Positions 41,518 to 52,995 are shown, counted from the stretch's first letter. The stretch: 64,000 nt of DNA from an uncultured delta proteobacterium (GCA_963810935.1 CAWEPK010000001.1:122546-186545), one strand, 5' to 3'. Numbers and translations: made by a program. Notes: a model not told the origin generated them from the letters alone.

Positions 41518-41998
41518 GATCCTGGATTTCCTTAAGCTGCTGATCGAGTATCTCTTCGAGCTGTATCAGGTTCAGCACGTCTTCTTTATTGTATTCCAGA
41601 AGGAGCCTCAAAGCGCCCCTCTGGCCCTTGGTTATATATTTTTCCCACAGGAGTATCGCCTTGTAGCCGTCCATGCCTTCGGTCTTTCTCTTGATGCCGA
41701 ACGTTTTTTCGAGCTCTTTCAGGCCTCCGCGCAGGCCGAGGCTCCTCTTCACCTTCAGCAGGTCGAGGGAGCAGCAGGCGCCTTTCAGGTCCATGTTTAG
41801 GTGCTTGCCCAACGTCGGCAAATCGAAGCTGTCGCCGTTGAAGGTGACTATCGTCTCCGCCTGCCCCAGTATGTTTTGCAGGTTCCCGAGGTTCACGTCG
41901 TCCCCGTAGAACTGTATGAAACCGCCCGGCTGGCAGAATATGCCGATCACGCAGACCTGGCCCTGCCTGTCTGTTTCAATATCTAGGTACGCCTTCAT
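41501..41998 (-). CDS. RNase H-like (YprB/DEDD) exonuclease domain protein
   Basis: YLDIET, TFNGDSFDLP, GGLKELE, YNKEDVLNL. Confidence 0.85.
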   Translation of the reverse strand: MKAYLDIETDRQGQVCVIGIFCQPGGFIQFYGDDVNLGNLQNILGQAETIVTFNGDSFDLPTLGKHLNMDLKGACCSLDLLKVKRSLGLRGGLKELEKTFGIKRKTEGMDGYKAILLWEKYITKGQRGALRLLLEYNKEDVLNLIQLEEILDQQLKEIQDRGTTV

Positions 41999-42081
41999 TC
42001 CGAAAAATCTCCTTTCCGCCGGCCGCCCCGAAGGTGTTGGGGCGCCCGGCTGTCAAGTGCCCGATTATCCCCAATTGGTCT

Positions 42082-43173
42082 TTACGTCTTAACCGTCACG
42101 ATCCCTATAATGCCGAATGAGAAGAAGAGCATGTTGGAGAGCCATGCCGCGAACAAGGGCGGAAAGGCCTCCTTATAGCCGAATGAGAGGGCTATCGAAT
42201 GGAACCCCCAATAAGAGATACCCAGACATATGCCCGAAAATATCCCCTTCGATACGTTCTTCGTTTTCGAATACCGTAAGCCCACGGAGAAGGCGGCAAG
42301 CACCATAATGACATTGATGAACGGGAACGAGATCTTGTTGTCCAGGTCCACCATGTACCTCCTGGCGTCATGGCCGTTGCGCCTGAGCCTTTCTATATAC
42401 CGCTTGAGCTCCTTATAGCTCATCTCCTCCGGGTTCTTATCCACTATCTTGAAAACAGACGGGGGCTCGGTGATGAGGCCTGTCATCGACTTATGCGTTG
42501 TCCGCGACTCTATCCCGTCGTTGCCGAAGGTCCTCTCCGTTACGTCCGACAGGAGCCACTGGCCCTTTTTGTCGTCTCCTTTCCAGACGCCTATCTTCGC
42601 GTCGTACCGCTTCTTTATCGCGTACTCATTCGAAAGCTCGAGGACGGTCAACCCCTTTATCACGTCTTTCTTCACGTCGTAGAAGTCGATGTTGCACACC
42701 TGGCCCCCGCGCTTGAACCATATCTTGTCGTTCTTGAAAACGACGTATGTCTGGTCTTCCTTGATCTTCACGCGCAGTATGTATTCTGCGGACGATGAGC
42801 TGTAAGGTATGATCCACTCCGAAAGGCAGAACGAGAGGACGACCAGGACCAGAGAGAACCAGATAAGCGGCTTCATGAGCGAGAGCGTGCTGATGCCGGC
42901 CGTCCTGACGACGATCACCTCGTTTCCCCGGATCATCATGATAATGTGGACCAGTATGGCGACGAGGAACGCAAGGGGCATGAGCAGGTTGAAGTTGTTG
43001 GGTATGTTTAAGGCGACGTAAGAGATCCCGAGAACGAACTTACTGAAGCTTTGAGTAAAGATATCCAGATGGTCGAAAAAATCGATCATCGTGAAGATGA
43101 TGATTCCCGCCAGCTCGCTGATGAGCAGGAGCTTGATCGTATTGGTTATGAGGTACCTGTTAAGCCTTCGCAA
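42082..43173 (-). CDS. lptG: LPS export ABC permease LptG
   Basis: NEVIVVRTAGIS; PEEMSYKEL; PPLFAAWLSN; follows lptF. Confidence 0.88.
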   Translation of the reverse strand: MRRLNRYLITNTIKLLLISELAGIIIFTMIDFFDHLDIFTQSFSKFVLGISYVALNIPNNFNLLMPLAFLVAILVHIIMMIRGNEVIVVRTAGISTLSLMKPLIWFSLVLVVLSFCLSEWIIPYSSSSAEYILRVKIKEDQTYVVFKNDKIWFKRGGQVCNIDFYDVKKDVIKGLTVLELSNEYAIKKRYDAKIGVWKGDDKKGQWLLSDVTERTFGNDGIESRTTHKSMTGLITEPPSVFKIVDKNPEEMSYKELKRYIERLRRNGHDARRYMVDLDNKISFPFINVIMVLAAFSVGLRYSKTKNVSKGIFSGICLGISYWGFHSIALSFGYKEAFPPLFAAWLSNMLFFSFGIIGIVTVKT

Positions 43174-44332
43174 AGCGCCGGTCCCATGTTCGTTTCAATC
43201 GTTGCGATATACCGCCCTGGTCCTCGCTGTTCAACTGCGTTATAAGGTAAAACCCGATCGCAGAGAACAATATGTTAGGCGCAAAGCAGATGATGATCGG
43301 CGGCGCCTCGTAAACACGACCTATGTTCTCCATGATGGCGGATATAATATAATAACATATGAAAATGAGGAGGCTGTAAACCACGCCGGAGAACTTCCCC
43401 TCCGTCTTTCTCTTTACACCCAGGGGGACCGTCAGCAGCACGAAGGCGACGATGGAGAAGGGCACGCTGATCTTTTTGTATATCTCCACCGCGAGCTCGT
43501 ACCTGGTCTCGCCCTTGGCCGACGTAAATGCCTTCCGAAGCTCCTTGATGTCCATTTCGAAAGGCCGTTTGCGCCATTCCCTGTTGGGCATGACGCTTGC
43601 GAGGTTCAGCGAGAACGTATAGTCCTTGAAGGAGAGGCTCCTGTAAGCGTCGAGGTGCTTTTCCCACCTCTGGAGGCTGCCGTTCTTCAGCTTGAAAGAG
43701 AGATCGAGCGAGGTAGTGTCGATATTGACCGTGCCGTTCTGCGCCGCCACTGTCTGCCGCACGCCCTCGTCCCTGTCGTCCGAGATGACGATGCCGCTGA
43801 GCATCTTATTCCGCGGGTCTACCTTATCGATGTAAATGACGACGCCGGGTATCGAATCGTTGAATATCCCTTCCTTGTCCTCGATGGAGATCCCTTTCTT
43901 CGCGATGTTGGCGAGGGTGGTCCGGAACGCGTCGCTGCTCTTGCTGAGGAGCAGGCTGTTGTTGAGGAAACCGGCGCAGAAGACGAACAGGCCGAGCGCC
44001 GCGATGGGAATAAAAAGGTACATGAGGTTGACGCCGCTCGCTTTGAGCGCCAGTATCTCATTCTCGCTCGAAAGCCTGCCGAGGACGACGACCGCCGAAA
44101 GCAGGAAGGCCATCGGAAGGGTAAACGTCAGGAAGGGAGGGCATGAGTAAGCGACAAGGAGAATTATGTCTTTAAGGTCGACGCCCTTATTGATGACGAG
44201 GTCCGCCATCTTGCCTAGGCGGCTCATTACCAGAATGAACGTAAATACGGCCAGCGACAAAAGGAAGAGAAGGACAAGCTCTTTGAGCAGGTAAAAATAG
44301 AATTTACGGCGAAAAAAGCTTATCCATTTCAT
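43160..44332 (-). CDS. lptF: LPS export ABC permease LptF
   Basis: FTLPMAFL...GRLSSENEILALKASGV. Confidence 0.88.
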   Translation of the reverse strand: MKWISFFRRKFYFYLLKELVLLFLLSLAVFTFILVMSRLGKMADLVINKGVDLKDIILLVAYSCPPFLTFTLPMAFLLSAVVVLGRLSSENEILALKASGVNLMYLFIPIAALGLFVFCAGFLNNSLLLSKSSDAFRTTLANIAKKGISIEDKEGIFNDSIPGVVIYIDKVDPRNKMLSGIVISDDRDEGVRQTVAAQNGTVNIDTTSLDLSFKLKNGSLQRWEKHLDAYRSLSFKDYTFSLNLASVMPNREWRKRPFEMDIKELRKAFTSAKGETRYELAVEIYKKISVPFSIVAFVLLTVPLGVKRKTEGKFSGVVYSLLIFICYYIISAIMENIGRVYEAPPIIICFAPNILFSAIGFYLITQLNSEDQGGISQRLKRTWDRRFAKA

Positions 44333-44466
44333 GCGTTAATCTATCATCCGTTACATCATTAGTCAATTTGGCGAAAACCGCAGTGAGAAGCGGCTTTTCA
44401 AGACAGGCCGGCCCCGCCAATGTTTATTCCGGCGAACCCAAAGCGGCCAGGATGTGCTGTTCGGAC

Positions 44467-45484
44467 TTACGGGCCGGTGCTGGTCCGGTGAGGGGCCTTC
44501 TCCTCGCATTCCCTTGCGGCCTCCAATTTTTGAATATCGCGGATCCGCAGGTGTTCTCTCAGGGAAAGCGCGAAGCCGACGACCGTGTAAGGGATGTACC
44601 AGGAGGCGTGATAGAGTATCGAAATCGTGAACCCTTCAAATTTCGGCACCCCGAAAATCGAGAGCAGGTAAACGAGCAGGAACTGGTAAAGGCCCACGTA
44701 GCCGGGAGAGGAAGGGACGGTAATGCCGACGTTGAGCAGCGCGCAGACGAAGGCTATGTGCCTGATATCTACGGGGATTTGCAGGGCGCGGGCGACGAAC
44801 CACAGCGCCGTGGCCATCGAAAACCAGATGCAGAAGGAGGCGGCGACGAAACAGACGATCTTGAAGGGCGAGCCGATGCGGGAGAGGTTTTCCTGTATCT
44901 CGATGATCCTCTTGCCGAATTTCGACAGGAACGAGCGCTCCAGGGAAGTGAGCCGCGCGGCCAGGCGGCCCGCGAAGGCCGGTCGTGACAACAGGATAAT
45001 CAGTATCACGCAGAACAGGACCATGCCGATTACCATCCAGATGGCTTTGGAGATGGCCGGAGGCAGGGTGGAGCGCGGGAAGAAGATCAGCATCATGAGC
45101 AACAGCCCGGTCAGGTCGAAGAAGCGGTCGAGAAGGACCGTGGCGAAGCTATAAGTGAAGGAGAGGCCCCGTCTTGTGGGAAAGGACGTAGCCCCGCGCG
45201 ACCTCGCCCATCCGGGCAGGCATGATGTTGTTTACGAACATCCCGATGAGCAGCGCTGTGAACGTCTCCCTGAAACGCACGTTGGACCCCGCCACCTTCG
45301 ACCACCTGAACGCGGAAAGGCAGATTGCCGTACCGATAAAAACCAGCGGCAAAAGAGCCATCCCCGGATTGGTCTGTTTCAGCAACGACCATATCTGGCG
45401 GAATTCGATGCCGCGCAGCGAGAAATAGAGAAGGACAATGCTCACGGCGAAGCCGAGAATGGTGAGGAAGGTCTGTTTCTTCAT
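44467..45484 (-). CDS. Lysylphosphatidylglycerol-synthase TM / flippase-like protein (apparent +1 error near 45167)
   Basis: SAFRW, NNIMPARMGEVAR, then ERFFDL and PSSPGYVG in the next frame. Confidence 0.85.
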
Positions 45485-45534
45485 AGCGGACAAGGCATTA
45501 TAGAGTATCCGCTCCAATTTTTCCAGTGTAGTGG

Positions 45535-45680
45535 GCGGCGGCGTGGGCCGGGCCATTTTCGCCCATAGCTTTGTCGTCGCATTCGGCACGGCGTGCTCAC
45601 GTACAGAAAAGTACGCTCCGCCGCGCGCCTTCAGCGACTTCGCGCTCTGAACGAAACTGGTCCTCGGCCCCCGCCGCCGC
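45535..45680 (-). repeat. Palindromic intergenic repeat, copy 2 (inverted, diverged arms)
   Basis: Reverse complement GAAGGCGCGCGGCGGAGCGTACTTTTCTGTACGTGAGCACGCCGTGCC matches the core of copy 1. Confidence 0.75.
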
Positions 45681-45871
45681 AAGAGTAAGGTCGCTTATTT
45701 CATCTGCAAGTCCTCACATCTATTCAAGCGTATGCGCTTTAATATTACCGCTAGAAAGCGAGACAACAGGCGGCTTAACTGGTTTGGCAATGGAATGCAG
45801 CCCAAATTGCCAGTCCGAGTTAAAACTGTTGTTGGGTGCCAAAAGGGGCTGTCGTCTATTCAAATATATAA

Positions 45872-48800
45872 TCAGGCGCCATGTCGGCGTAAATACTCAG
45901 AGAGCCGCTGGTATCGGTAATCCTCCAACAGTACGGGTGCAGCTTTCACGATAGCGTCGAGGCATTGCTTCAAATCCTGGGGTCTCCATGGTTGGTCCTT
46001 AATGATGGCATCCAGGAGCCGCAACGTCTCCTCCGGGAATCGTCCGGGCAGACCCGATTCATGCAGCAGGTGCACGACGAAGTCAGGGTGGTCAATCGGC
46101 TGCAGCCAATTCTGTACGGCGGTCAGCGCCGAAGGAAATTGGCCGCGAGCTGCAATACTAAGCCTGACAAGGCTGCGCGCGATGCTCTTCGAGGCAAGCT
46201 CACGTGATTTGGGCCATACACCGTGCCAAAAAGGCTGAATGCGATTTGTCCAGTAGTCTTCTCTTTGTTCGCCTGCCCCCTCCAAGGCTTGGGCCAGTGC
46301 CTGGCCGGCTTCGTCCAGTCCCTCCTGCGGCAATGCGCCGATGGCGACCTGGAAGTCTTGCTGGGAATAGGTCTCTTCCGGGCCCAAGGCTGCATACGTG
46401 AGGAATGTGACGAACTGCTCAGCATGCTCCTTCAAATCTGCATAATGGTAGACGGTGTCGAGAACCTGTGCTTTGAAGGCGATAAGCAGAGGGCGGTAGA
46501 GGCGCGGAGACCGCAGGAAGCCTTCCCAAGCCGCACGAGCCTCGACGGCATTAGCCTTCCACTCGAACAGCGGCAACAAGTGGGCTTCGGTCCAGAGTCG
46601 GTCCACGCGAAATAGCGCAATGAGGTGCGATGCCAACAGCACACGGCCGTGACGGAACTGAGAAACGCCAATGTCGCACAGTTGTGTGAAGATGGGTTTC
46701 AGATCCGAAGGCAACCTCTCGTTATCGCTGGGCTTACGCTTGAACCACAGGCTCAGTAAAGCCTGCGTCACATGCCCAATCGGGTGATTAATTGCCCGGC
46801 TGACAGGCTGGTCAGTATCCTCCTCATCCTTGTATGACAACGAAAGGATGCGTCGGCACAGGTCCAGGAAGATGTCTTCATTACGATCCAAGGACTCCGA
46901 GACGGCCTTCAACCACCAGGCAAAGCTGTGTGCGACCTCGTTCAGGGCTTCGTCTGGCATAGTTCGGACCAGCGGAGCAATATACCGCCACGACCGTATC
47001 ACACGTGCCTCCTCGCTCCAGGCCTGCAGGGCTTCGCGCCATCGCTCGGTAGGCCATTGCCCCTCCCGCGTTAGATCGTAGAGTGCGCAGGCGCAATGGA
47101 AGAACCGCGTTTGGCAGACCTCGCGCCAGGTATCTTCATCGAAAGGCCCTCGAGGGGGACGGGCCTTTTTGAGCCAGTCGAATAGTTCGTTGCGCTTTCG
47201 CGGCGCCACGTCGAGTTCCCGGCGCTCAAGGAAGTCGGGGTCGCCCGTGCCGCTCATCCAGTGCGAGAACTCGTCTCTTTCGTCCTTCTCAAGCCGCCAT
47301 TCGGAATGTACCGCCGACAAGGCGGCCAAGCGTTCAGTTGCGGCCGAACCGAGATTCCCGCCAGACGATTCCAGCTTGGCAAGACGCAGCCAGACCGAAT
47401 GATCCACCAAGTGCTGCCAGATATCGGGCTCAATTTCAGCCTTGTACATTGCCCGTGGCGGACCGGTCAGGATGGCCGTCTCCAGCTCGGCCTCGCGTTT
47501 GCTGTGTGAGATGAGAGCCTTGCAGCACCAAGAGGCGCAAGGTTTCGCGCTGCGTATCAATGGACCACAACCACCACGCTTCGTCGGCCACAAGCCAATC
47601 AACCCATTGGTCCGGCGCTATGCAGCCATCTTGGCTGGCAGAGAACAAGGCCAGACGCTTAAAGGTAGGGTACGCCATGCCAAACCAGGTTTGTGCGACC
47701 TGCGTGGCACGGGCGGGGTCGCTCTCTCGGACGACCAGCCAAGCGTCACGCACGAGCTCAATCAGGGCCACCCAGTCGCGGAACCCCCTGTTTTGCCAGT
47801 GCGGGCTGACGGAGGGCAAATCCCAGTATGACCTATCGGTGCGGTCGCTGGCTTCGCCGAGTTCACGAAGGAGGTCCAAAGCGTCGCGCAGTAGTTGCTG
47901 AAAGTCGTCAAGCAGTGCCGGCAGAGCGTCGCGCCAGTGCTGGGCATTCCCAAGATCGCGAAGCGAGGAATGCACAAGGTCGGCTGCTAGTACCAGCTCC
48001 CAATCGACGTATTGCCTCAGATGCTCGGAAGTTCCAGCATCGGCGTCGTCTTCTGGCCAGTGGAAGGGCTCGTTCAGAGTGACCTTGGGGGCAAGTAGTT
48101 CGCGCAGCTGGAAGCGCAGAGTTGTGTTTAGGCTCTCGCGTTTAAGCCGGCTCTGCCAGCGATAAAAGTCTATATCACGCGAAGGCGATTTCACCTGGTT
48201 TGTTATCAACAAGCGCCACAGGGGCCGGAGCAGCAGCCTAGGGATGGCGTTCGGAGACTGAGCCCGAATGTGGGCCAGTTCCTCCGTGTTGCCTTCGAGT
48301 TCCAGCCGTGTAAAAGTGTCGAGCCTATCTTCGACGAGCCACACGAACTGATCGTGCAGGCGGCCGCCGCGCTTGGCCAGCCACAGGATCAACGCCGGGT
48401 CGTCGAGGTGCCGCACCAGCCAGCGGGCGAGATGGGAGATCATCGGGTCCCATTGGCTGTCCACTGGGCCCGCCGATGTCAACATCATCCACGGTGCGTG
48501 TGTGTATGGAGCGGGGCGTCGAAGCAGGCTGAATGCAAATTTGTCGTCCTCTTTGGCGAGCGACGGCACGCCGAAACGCGCAAGGTCGGCGTGTCGGTAG
48601 CGTTCCTTCGAGAACGCCTCTAACCAATCCAGCGGCGGTGCGGGGTCGAAATCCGCAAATCGTTTGGCGGGCAGCCCCGATTCATCTGATATCGCCCATA
48701 GCATGCGGCCGACGAAGTCATCCTCTCGTGTGCTCGCAGACGGGCGTGCCATCGCGTAATCCATCACAATGCGTTCCTTACCGAGAACGCCGTCGCGATA

Positions 48801-49679
48801 TGTTTCGGCCCAGGCCTTCAAAGTACGATGCAGAGCCGAATGGTCGTGGTTGCTGGCGGGCACTTCGTAAAGGACCGGAACAACCCCCTTGGCTTTCCAC
48901 TCATCCCTCTTGGTGGTCTCTTGCCTGGGTGCGCAGTCGCCTAAAGCGTAAGCCTGGGGTGTCGTTTCGCCCTGCATCCTGTCAGCGGCCAGCGCATCCA
49001 TCATGTACCGCAGGACCGGGTCGTTGATGCTGTACCCCACAAAACAGACCACATAGCTGCGAAACAACTCGCTGACGAAGCGAGCCGCCCAGCGTTCGGT
49101 CAGATAGGCGAGGCCAAAGTCGCCGCTGGTCAGCACGAGCCGGTTGAGCGCGATATCGTCTATGTGCTCAGGGAGCAGCCCGTGCAAATACACCAGACCG
49201 TCCCATCGGCTGTTTTTCGGTATCGGCAGCATAGGTGCCGGATACTCCTGCAAGACCAGTTTCATGCGAGCCACAAGGCGCGCAAAGATGCGGTCAAAAT
49301 TGGTGGTGACCAAACGAAGCGTTCCATCACGGCCTCGTGCAAGTTGAAGCAGTGCAACGTGGGTGTCTGTGGCGCCTTTACGGCGTAGCTTCGGCTGGAG
49401 TGCTGCGAACAACGCCTTGCGGACATCCAGCCGTCCACCGGGTAGGCGCAGTTCGAGCAGGTTCAGGGTAGCATCGAACTGGTCACGTTCGTAGGCCTGC
49501 TGCTCGATGCTATTCCGCGTCGTGCCGACGAGGTGGTAGATATCGTCCACCAGGCCCTTGAACCCCGGCAGGCCGGCCGGGTAGGAAATACCCGCCCCGC
49601 AGAAGAACACCACGCGGCCTTCCTCGTGCGCTTGCAAGAGCGCATCGGGAATGTCGGGGCCGTTAGCTATGAGCTGCAT
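45872..49679 (-). CDS. dsr1: Defence-associated sirtuin, Dsr1-type SIR2 NADase (about 1268 aa once a +1 error near 47491 is removed)
   Basis: N-terminal SIR2-like domain (VVFFCGAGIS, TTNFD, YLHG, FVGYSINDP) and a long Trp-rich helical C-terminus; ORFs 47436..49679 and 45872..47602 join at TR-AELETAIL. Confidence 0.85.
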
Positions 49680-49892
49680 TTCCCAGCCTTTGATGCGAAA
49701 ATAAGGGTACGGAAAAAGCCCGTGCGGTCAGGTCTCTCATTGTAGGATTGTCTGCCGTTCACCGCTGGCAGTCTTCAGCCACGTCCCTGCAATCATTATC
49801 GTTTGTATCACTAGCTATCGAACAGGTCAAGCAAAATCCACCCTTTTAGGAAGAAGCTTATGCCCTAAGTTAGCCAGCCCGCCCCAGCAGCC

Positions 49893-50018
49893 GGGGCCGG
49901 AGGTTTTCGATGGATTTCGCGTTGTTTTTCGACGGCGCGCGACGCAGCATACTTCTTCTGTATGTGAGGAGCCGCGCCTAGAAAAACGACGCGAAGGCCG
50001 CGAAAGGATCCGGTCCCC
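49893..50018 (+). repeat. Palindromic intergenic repeat, copy 3
   Basis: Shares CGATGGATTTCGCGTTGTTTT...GGCGCGCGACGCAGC...GTGAGGAGCCG...GACGCGAA with copy 1. Confidence 0.85.
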
Positions 50019-50084
50019 CAACCAGATTATACTTGAGTCTGGCCGCCTAAAGTGGTGTAATTAATAACGGTGGAGGTAATTGTC

Positions 50085-50273
50085 ATGTGTCAGACCGTGG
50101 CCTACCTGGTTCAGGGAGGTAAGGAATTATTGCTGCTGGAGGACGTTGTCAGCATTACGCCTGAGGGGCCGACTTTGAAGATGGTCAATCTCTTCGGTGA
50201 AGAGAGGGTAGTCGTTGGTAAAATAAGCCAGATCGACCTCCTCACGCATCGAATCACCATACAGGCGGCGTGA
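50085..50273 (+). CDS. cooT: CooT-family nickel-binding protein
   Basis: MC start, LLEDV, NLFGE, IDLLTHRI; RBS GGAGGT. Confidence 0.8.
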   Translation: MCQTVAYLVQGGKELLLLEDVVSITPEGPTLKMVNLFGEERVVVGKISQIDLLTHRITIQAA

Positions 50274-50388
50274 GCCGCAGCGAACGATAAGGCGACGGCC
50301 TGGGTGCCGCCCCGTTTTGCAGCCTTCTTGACATCGGGTGTTCTATCTGTTGTATTAGTGGCATTAAATTAGTGCAGCCAATATAGGG

Positions 50389-51381
50389 GTGGCAATGAAG
50401 AATACGGCCATTATAGGCACCGGCTCTTACCTGCCGGAAAAAGTGCTGACGAACGTCGATATCGAGAAGTTCCTCGATACCTCCGACGAATGGATATATA
50501 CGCGCACGGGTATAAGGGAAAGACATGTCGCCGCGAAGGACCAGGCGACGTCCGACCTGGCGAAAGTCGCCTGCGAGCGCGCCATGCAGTCGGCGGGCGT
50601 CACGCCCGACGACATCGACCTTATCGTGCTCGCTACAATAACGCCTGACACGCACTGCCCGGCCGGCGCTAACTGGCTGGAATCAAAGCTCAAGTGTACG
50701 AAGGCCGTCTCTTTCGACGTCACGGCGGCCTGCTCCGGGTTTATCTTCGCGCTCCACGTGGCAGACAGGTTCATCAAGAGCGGCTCGAACAAGACGGCGC
50801 TCGTATGCGCGGGCGAGATCATGACGAGGACGGTCAACTGGGAAGAGAGGGAGAGCTGCATCCTGTGGGGCGACGGGGCGGGAGCAGTGGTGCTGACCGA
50901 GACTGACGGAGGCCACCGGGTCGTCTCGACGAACCTGCATACGGACGGGGCGGGAGGCGAGACGCTGCTGATGCCCGGCGGCGGTTCCCTGACGACCCCC
51001 ATTTCCCATGAGAGCGTTGACAAGAAGCTCCATTTCCTGAAGATGATCGAGGCGAACAAATCGTTCAAGGTGGCGGTCGGCAGGTTCGCGGAGGCCGCAG
51101 AAGAGGCGGCTGCGTCGAAGGGCTACACGATGAAGGATATCGACGTTATCATCCCCCACCAGGCGAACATAAGGATCATCCAGGCCATGGCGAAGAAGCT
51201 CCAGGTGCCGATGGATAAGGTCTACATGACCATAGAGAAGTACGGCAACATCTCCTCGGCCACCGTGCCCATAGCGCTCGATGAGGCGGTAAAAGACGGC
51301 ACGGTAACTGCCGGGAAGCACGTAGTCCTGAACGCCTTCGGCGGCGGGCTTACCTGGGCCGGCGCCCTTATCGAGTGGTAG
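50389..51381 (+). CDS. fabH: Beta-ketoacyl-ACP synthase III
   Basis: Cys-His-Asn triad (AACSGF, PHQAN, GNISSA); AFGGGLTW. Start may be ATG 50395. Confidence 0.92.
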   Translation: MAMKNTAIIGTGSYLPEKVLTNVDIEKFLDTSDEWIYTRTGIRERHVAAKDQATSDLAKVACERAMQSAGVTPDDIDLIVLATITPDTHCPAGANWLESKLKCTKAVSFDVTAACSGFIFALHVADRFIKSGSNKTALVCAGEIMTRTVNWEERESCILWGDGAGAVVLTETDGGHRVVSTNLHTDGAGGETLLMPGGGSLTTPISHESVDKKLHFLKMIEANKSFKVAVGRFAEAAEEAAASKGYTMKDIDVIIPHQANIRIIQAMAKKLQVPMDKVYMTIEKYGNISSATVPIALDEAVKDGTVTAGKHVVLNAFGGGLTWAGALIEW

Positions 51382-51595
51382 CATAAAACCGAAGGCTCGC
51401 TCCTTCTGCCGCACGTAGCGGCAGAAGAATACATAATAAGACCGTCGCTTGCTCACCAGTCTATATGGACCGTCTGCACCATATCCTCAACTGAGGCATT
51501 ACCCCCGCTTATCCCGCCGGCTTGACACAAACCGCTTGTGGCATTAAGTTTCGCCAGGGAAAATCCCGCTATCGACATGCATTCAAGGAGGCCTC

Positions 51596-52036
51596 ATGAA
51601 GAAGCGCCTGCCGGTATTTGCCATCGTGACAATAGTTTGCCTGGCCGCTGTATCGGCCGGCCTCGCTCAGATGTATGAGGGCTGGTCGCAGCAGGAGTAT
51701 ACGAAGCTGTATGACCCGAAGGCCGTCCAGACCGTCAAGGGACAGGTCATAGGCATTCAGGAGCTGATCCCCATTCAGGGGATGGCTCCGGGGGTGAGCC
51801 TTACCATCCGGCCGGAGGGGAATGGGCAGCAGATAATCGCGCACGTCGGCCCGGACCGATACGTCACGAAACAGAAGCTGCCTCTCGCTCTGCACGAGGT
51901 CGTCGAAGTGACAGGCTCGTTCGTTACCTTCGAAGGGGCGGCCACGATGATAGCCGCGCAGATAAAGATAGGCGGCAAGGTCTACAAATTCCGCGACCCG
52001 AAGACTGGCGCGCCTAACTGGGGCAAGGAAAAATAA
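51596..52036 (+). CDS. Exported hypothetical protein (OB-fold-like)
   Basis: Signal peptide; YDPKAVQTVKG...HVGP...VEVTGS; RBS AAGGAGG. Confidence 0.7.
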   Translation: MKKRLPVFAIVTIVCLAAVSAGLAQMYEGWSQQEYTKLYDPKAVQTVKGQVIGIQELIPIQGMAPGVSLTIRPEGNGQQIIAHVGPDRYVTKQKLPLALHEVVEVTGSFVTFEGAATMIAAQIKIGGKVYKFRDPKTGAPNWGKEK

Positions 52037-52050
52037 TAAAGGAGACCGCC

Positions 52051-52443
52051 ATGAAGACCAGGATTGCCTGCATCGTGCTTCTTGCCCTCGGGCTGGCTTT
52101 CTCCGTATCGGCGTCCGCCACCGGCCAAGGCGTCGTCCAGGAGCCGAAGGCGATCAATAAGGCCGATGTCAGCATAAGCGACCACAAGTTCGCGCCGGAC
52201 TATTTCCAGACGTCGCCCGGCAGCACCATCCTCTTCCATCTTACCAACACGACCGATACCGACCACAATTTCACGATAAAGGACCCGGATGGGAAAACGA
52301 TCAAGGACATCGATATCCTTCCTGGCAAGACCGCTGACGTAGGCGTTTCCTTCAGCCGCGCCGGCACTTATGAATTTTACTGCAACAAGGACCTTCACCG
52401 TCAGATGGGCATGAAGGGGAAGGTGATAGCCGCGCCGAAGTAA
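52051..52443 (+). CDS. Exported cupredoxin-domain protein
   Basis: HNF and YEFYCNKDLHRQMGMKG (His/Cys/His/Met ligands). Confidence 0.88.
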   Translation: MKTRIACIVLLALGLAFSVSASATGQGVVQEPKAINKADVSISDHKFAPDYFQTSPGSTILFHLTNTTDTDHNFTIKDPDGKTIKDIDILPGKTADVGVSFSRAGTYEFYCNKDLHRQMGMKGKVIAAPK

Positions 52444-52493
52444 AAGGGGAAGAAACGAACGGCAAGGGGCGGGCGCCCGATCTTGGAGGGGTA

Positions 52494-52844
52494 TTACCTG
52501 CCTGTGCCGAGGGTGCTTTCAGTAAACGGGGCGTACGTAGAAGCGCCCAGCCCGCCGGAGCCTGTCCCCGAGCCGCCCAGGGTGCTGTCCGTCCCCGTCC
52601 CGCCGCCGCTTTCCGGCATCGTCGTACTGAAACCCTCCGGATTGGTCGTAGCCGGGAAATCGGCGCCGGAAGCAGAGGGGAAGGGGGTTGCACTACCTGG
52701 GGGTCCGGCGCCTTCGATGGGCGCCTGGGGCGCATAAACAGCGCCTGGACCGGCTGGGCCCGGAGGGGCGACCGACTGGCCGTGAGCCGGAACTGCCATG
52801 GCCAGGAGCAGGACAGACAGAGCGGATAGAAGTGTTAGTCTCAT
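52494..52844 (-). CDS. Exported Gly/Pro/Thr-rich low-complexity protein
   Basis: Signal peptide MRLTLLSALSVLLLAMAVPAHG; RBS GAGGA. Confidence 0.55.
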   Translation of the reverse strand: MRLTLLSALSVLLLAMAVPAHGQSVAPPGPAGPGAVYAPQAPIEGAGPPGSATPFPSASGADFPATTNPEGFSTTMPESGGGTGTDSTLGGSGTGSGGLGASTYAPFTESTLGTGR

Positions 52845-52995
52845 CACATTATTCCTCTCGATTGCGAATATAAACACGTTATCTTTTTTGTCAATCCCTA
52901 CCCGTTGATTATGCCATTGCGTTAGAAAAGGAAATAGATAAGGCTACGAAACCTATAGGGTATATAGGCCGGACGAAACGAAAAGAGGGGCCTCC

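Noticed and set aside
3755..47500. Programmed frameshifting or pseudogenisation in phoU, bfr, MCP, nifJ, the M16 peptidase, the flippase and dsr1
   Set aside because: Each is an isolated single-base insertion with no in-frame stops or common slippery motif, in unrelated and sometimes important genes. This fits long-read consensus error; read pile-ups would settle it.
50085..51381. FabH acting as a PqsD-like partner of the MBL hydrolase, or cooT marking a CODH cluster
   Set aside because: FabH is 45 kb from the hydrolase, looks canonical and has no leader peptide; no coo genes are adjacent to cooT.
52920..52985. Possible riboswitch upstream of the cysK remnant
   Set aside because: Only a short hairpin; no convincing SAM or c-di-GMP consensus.
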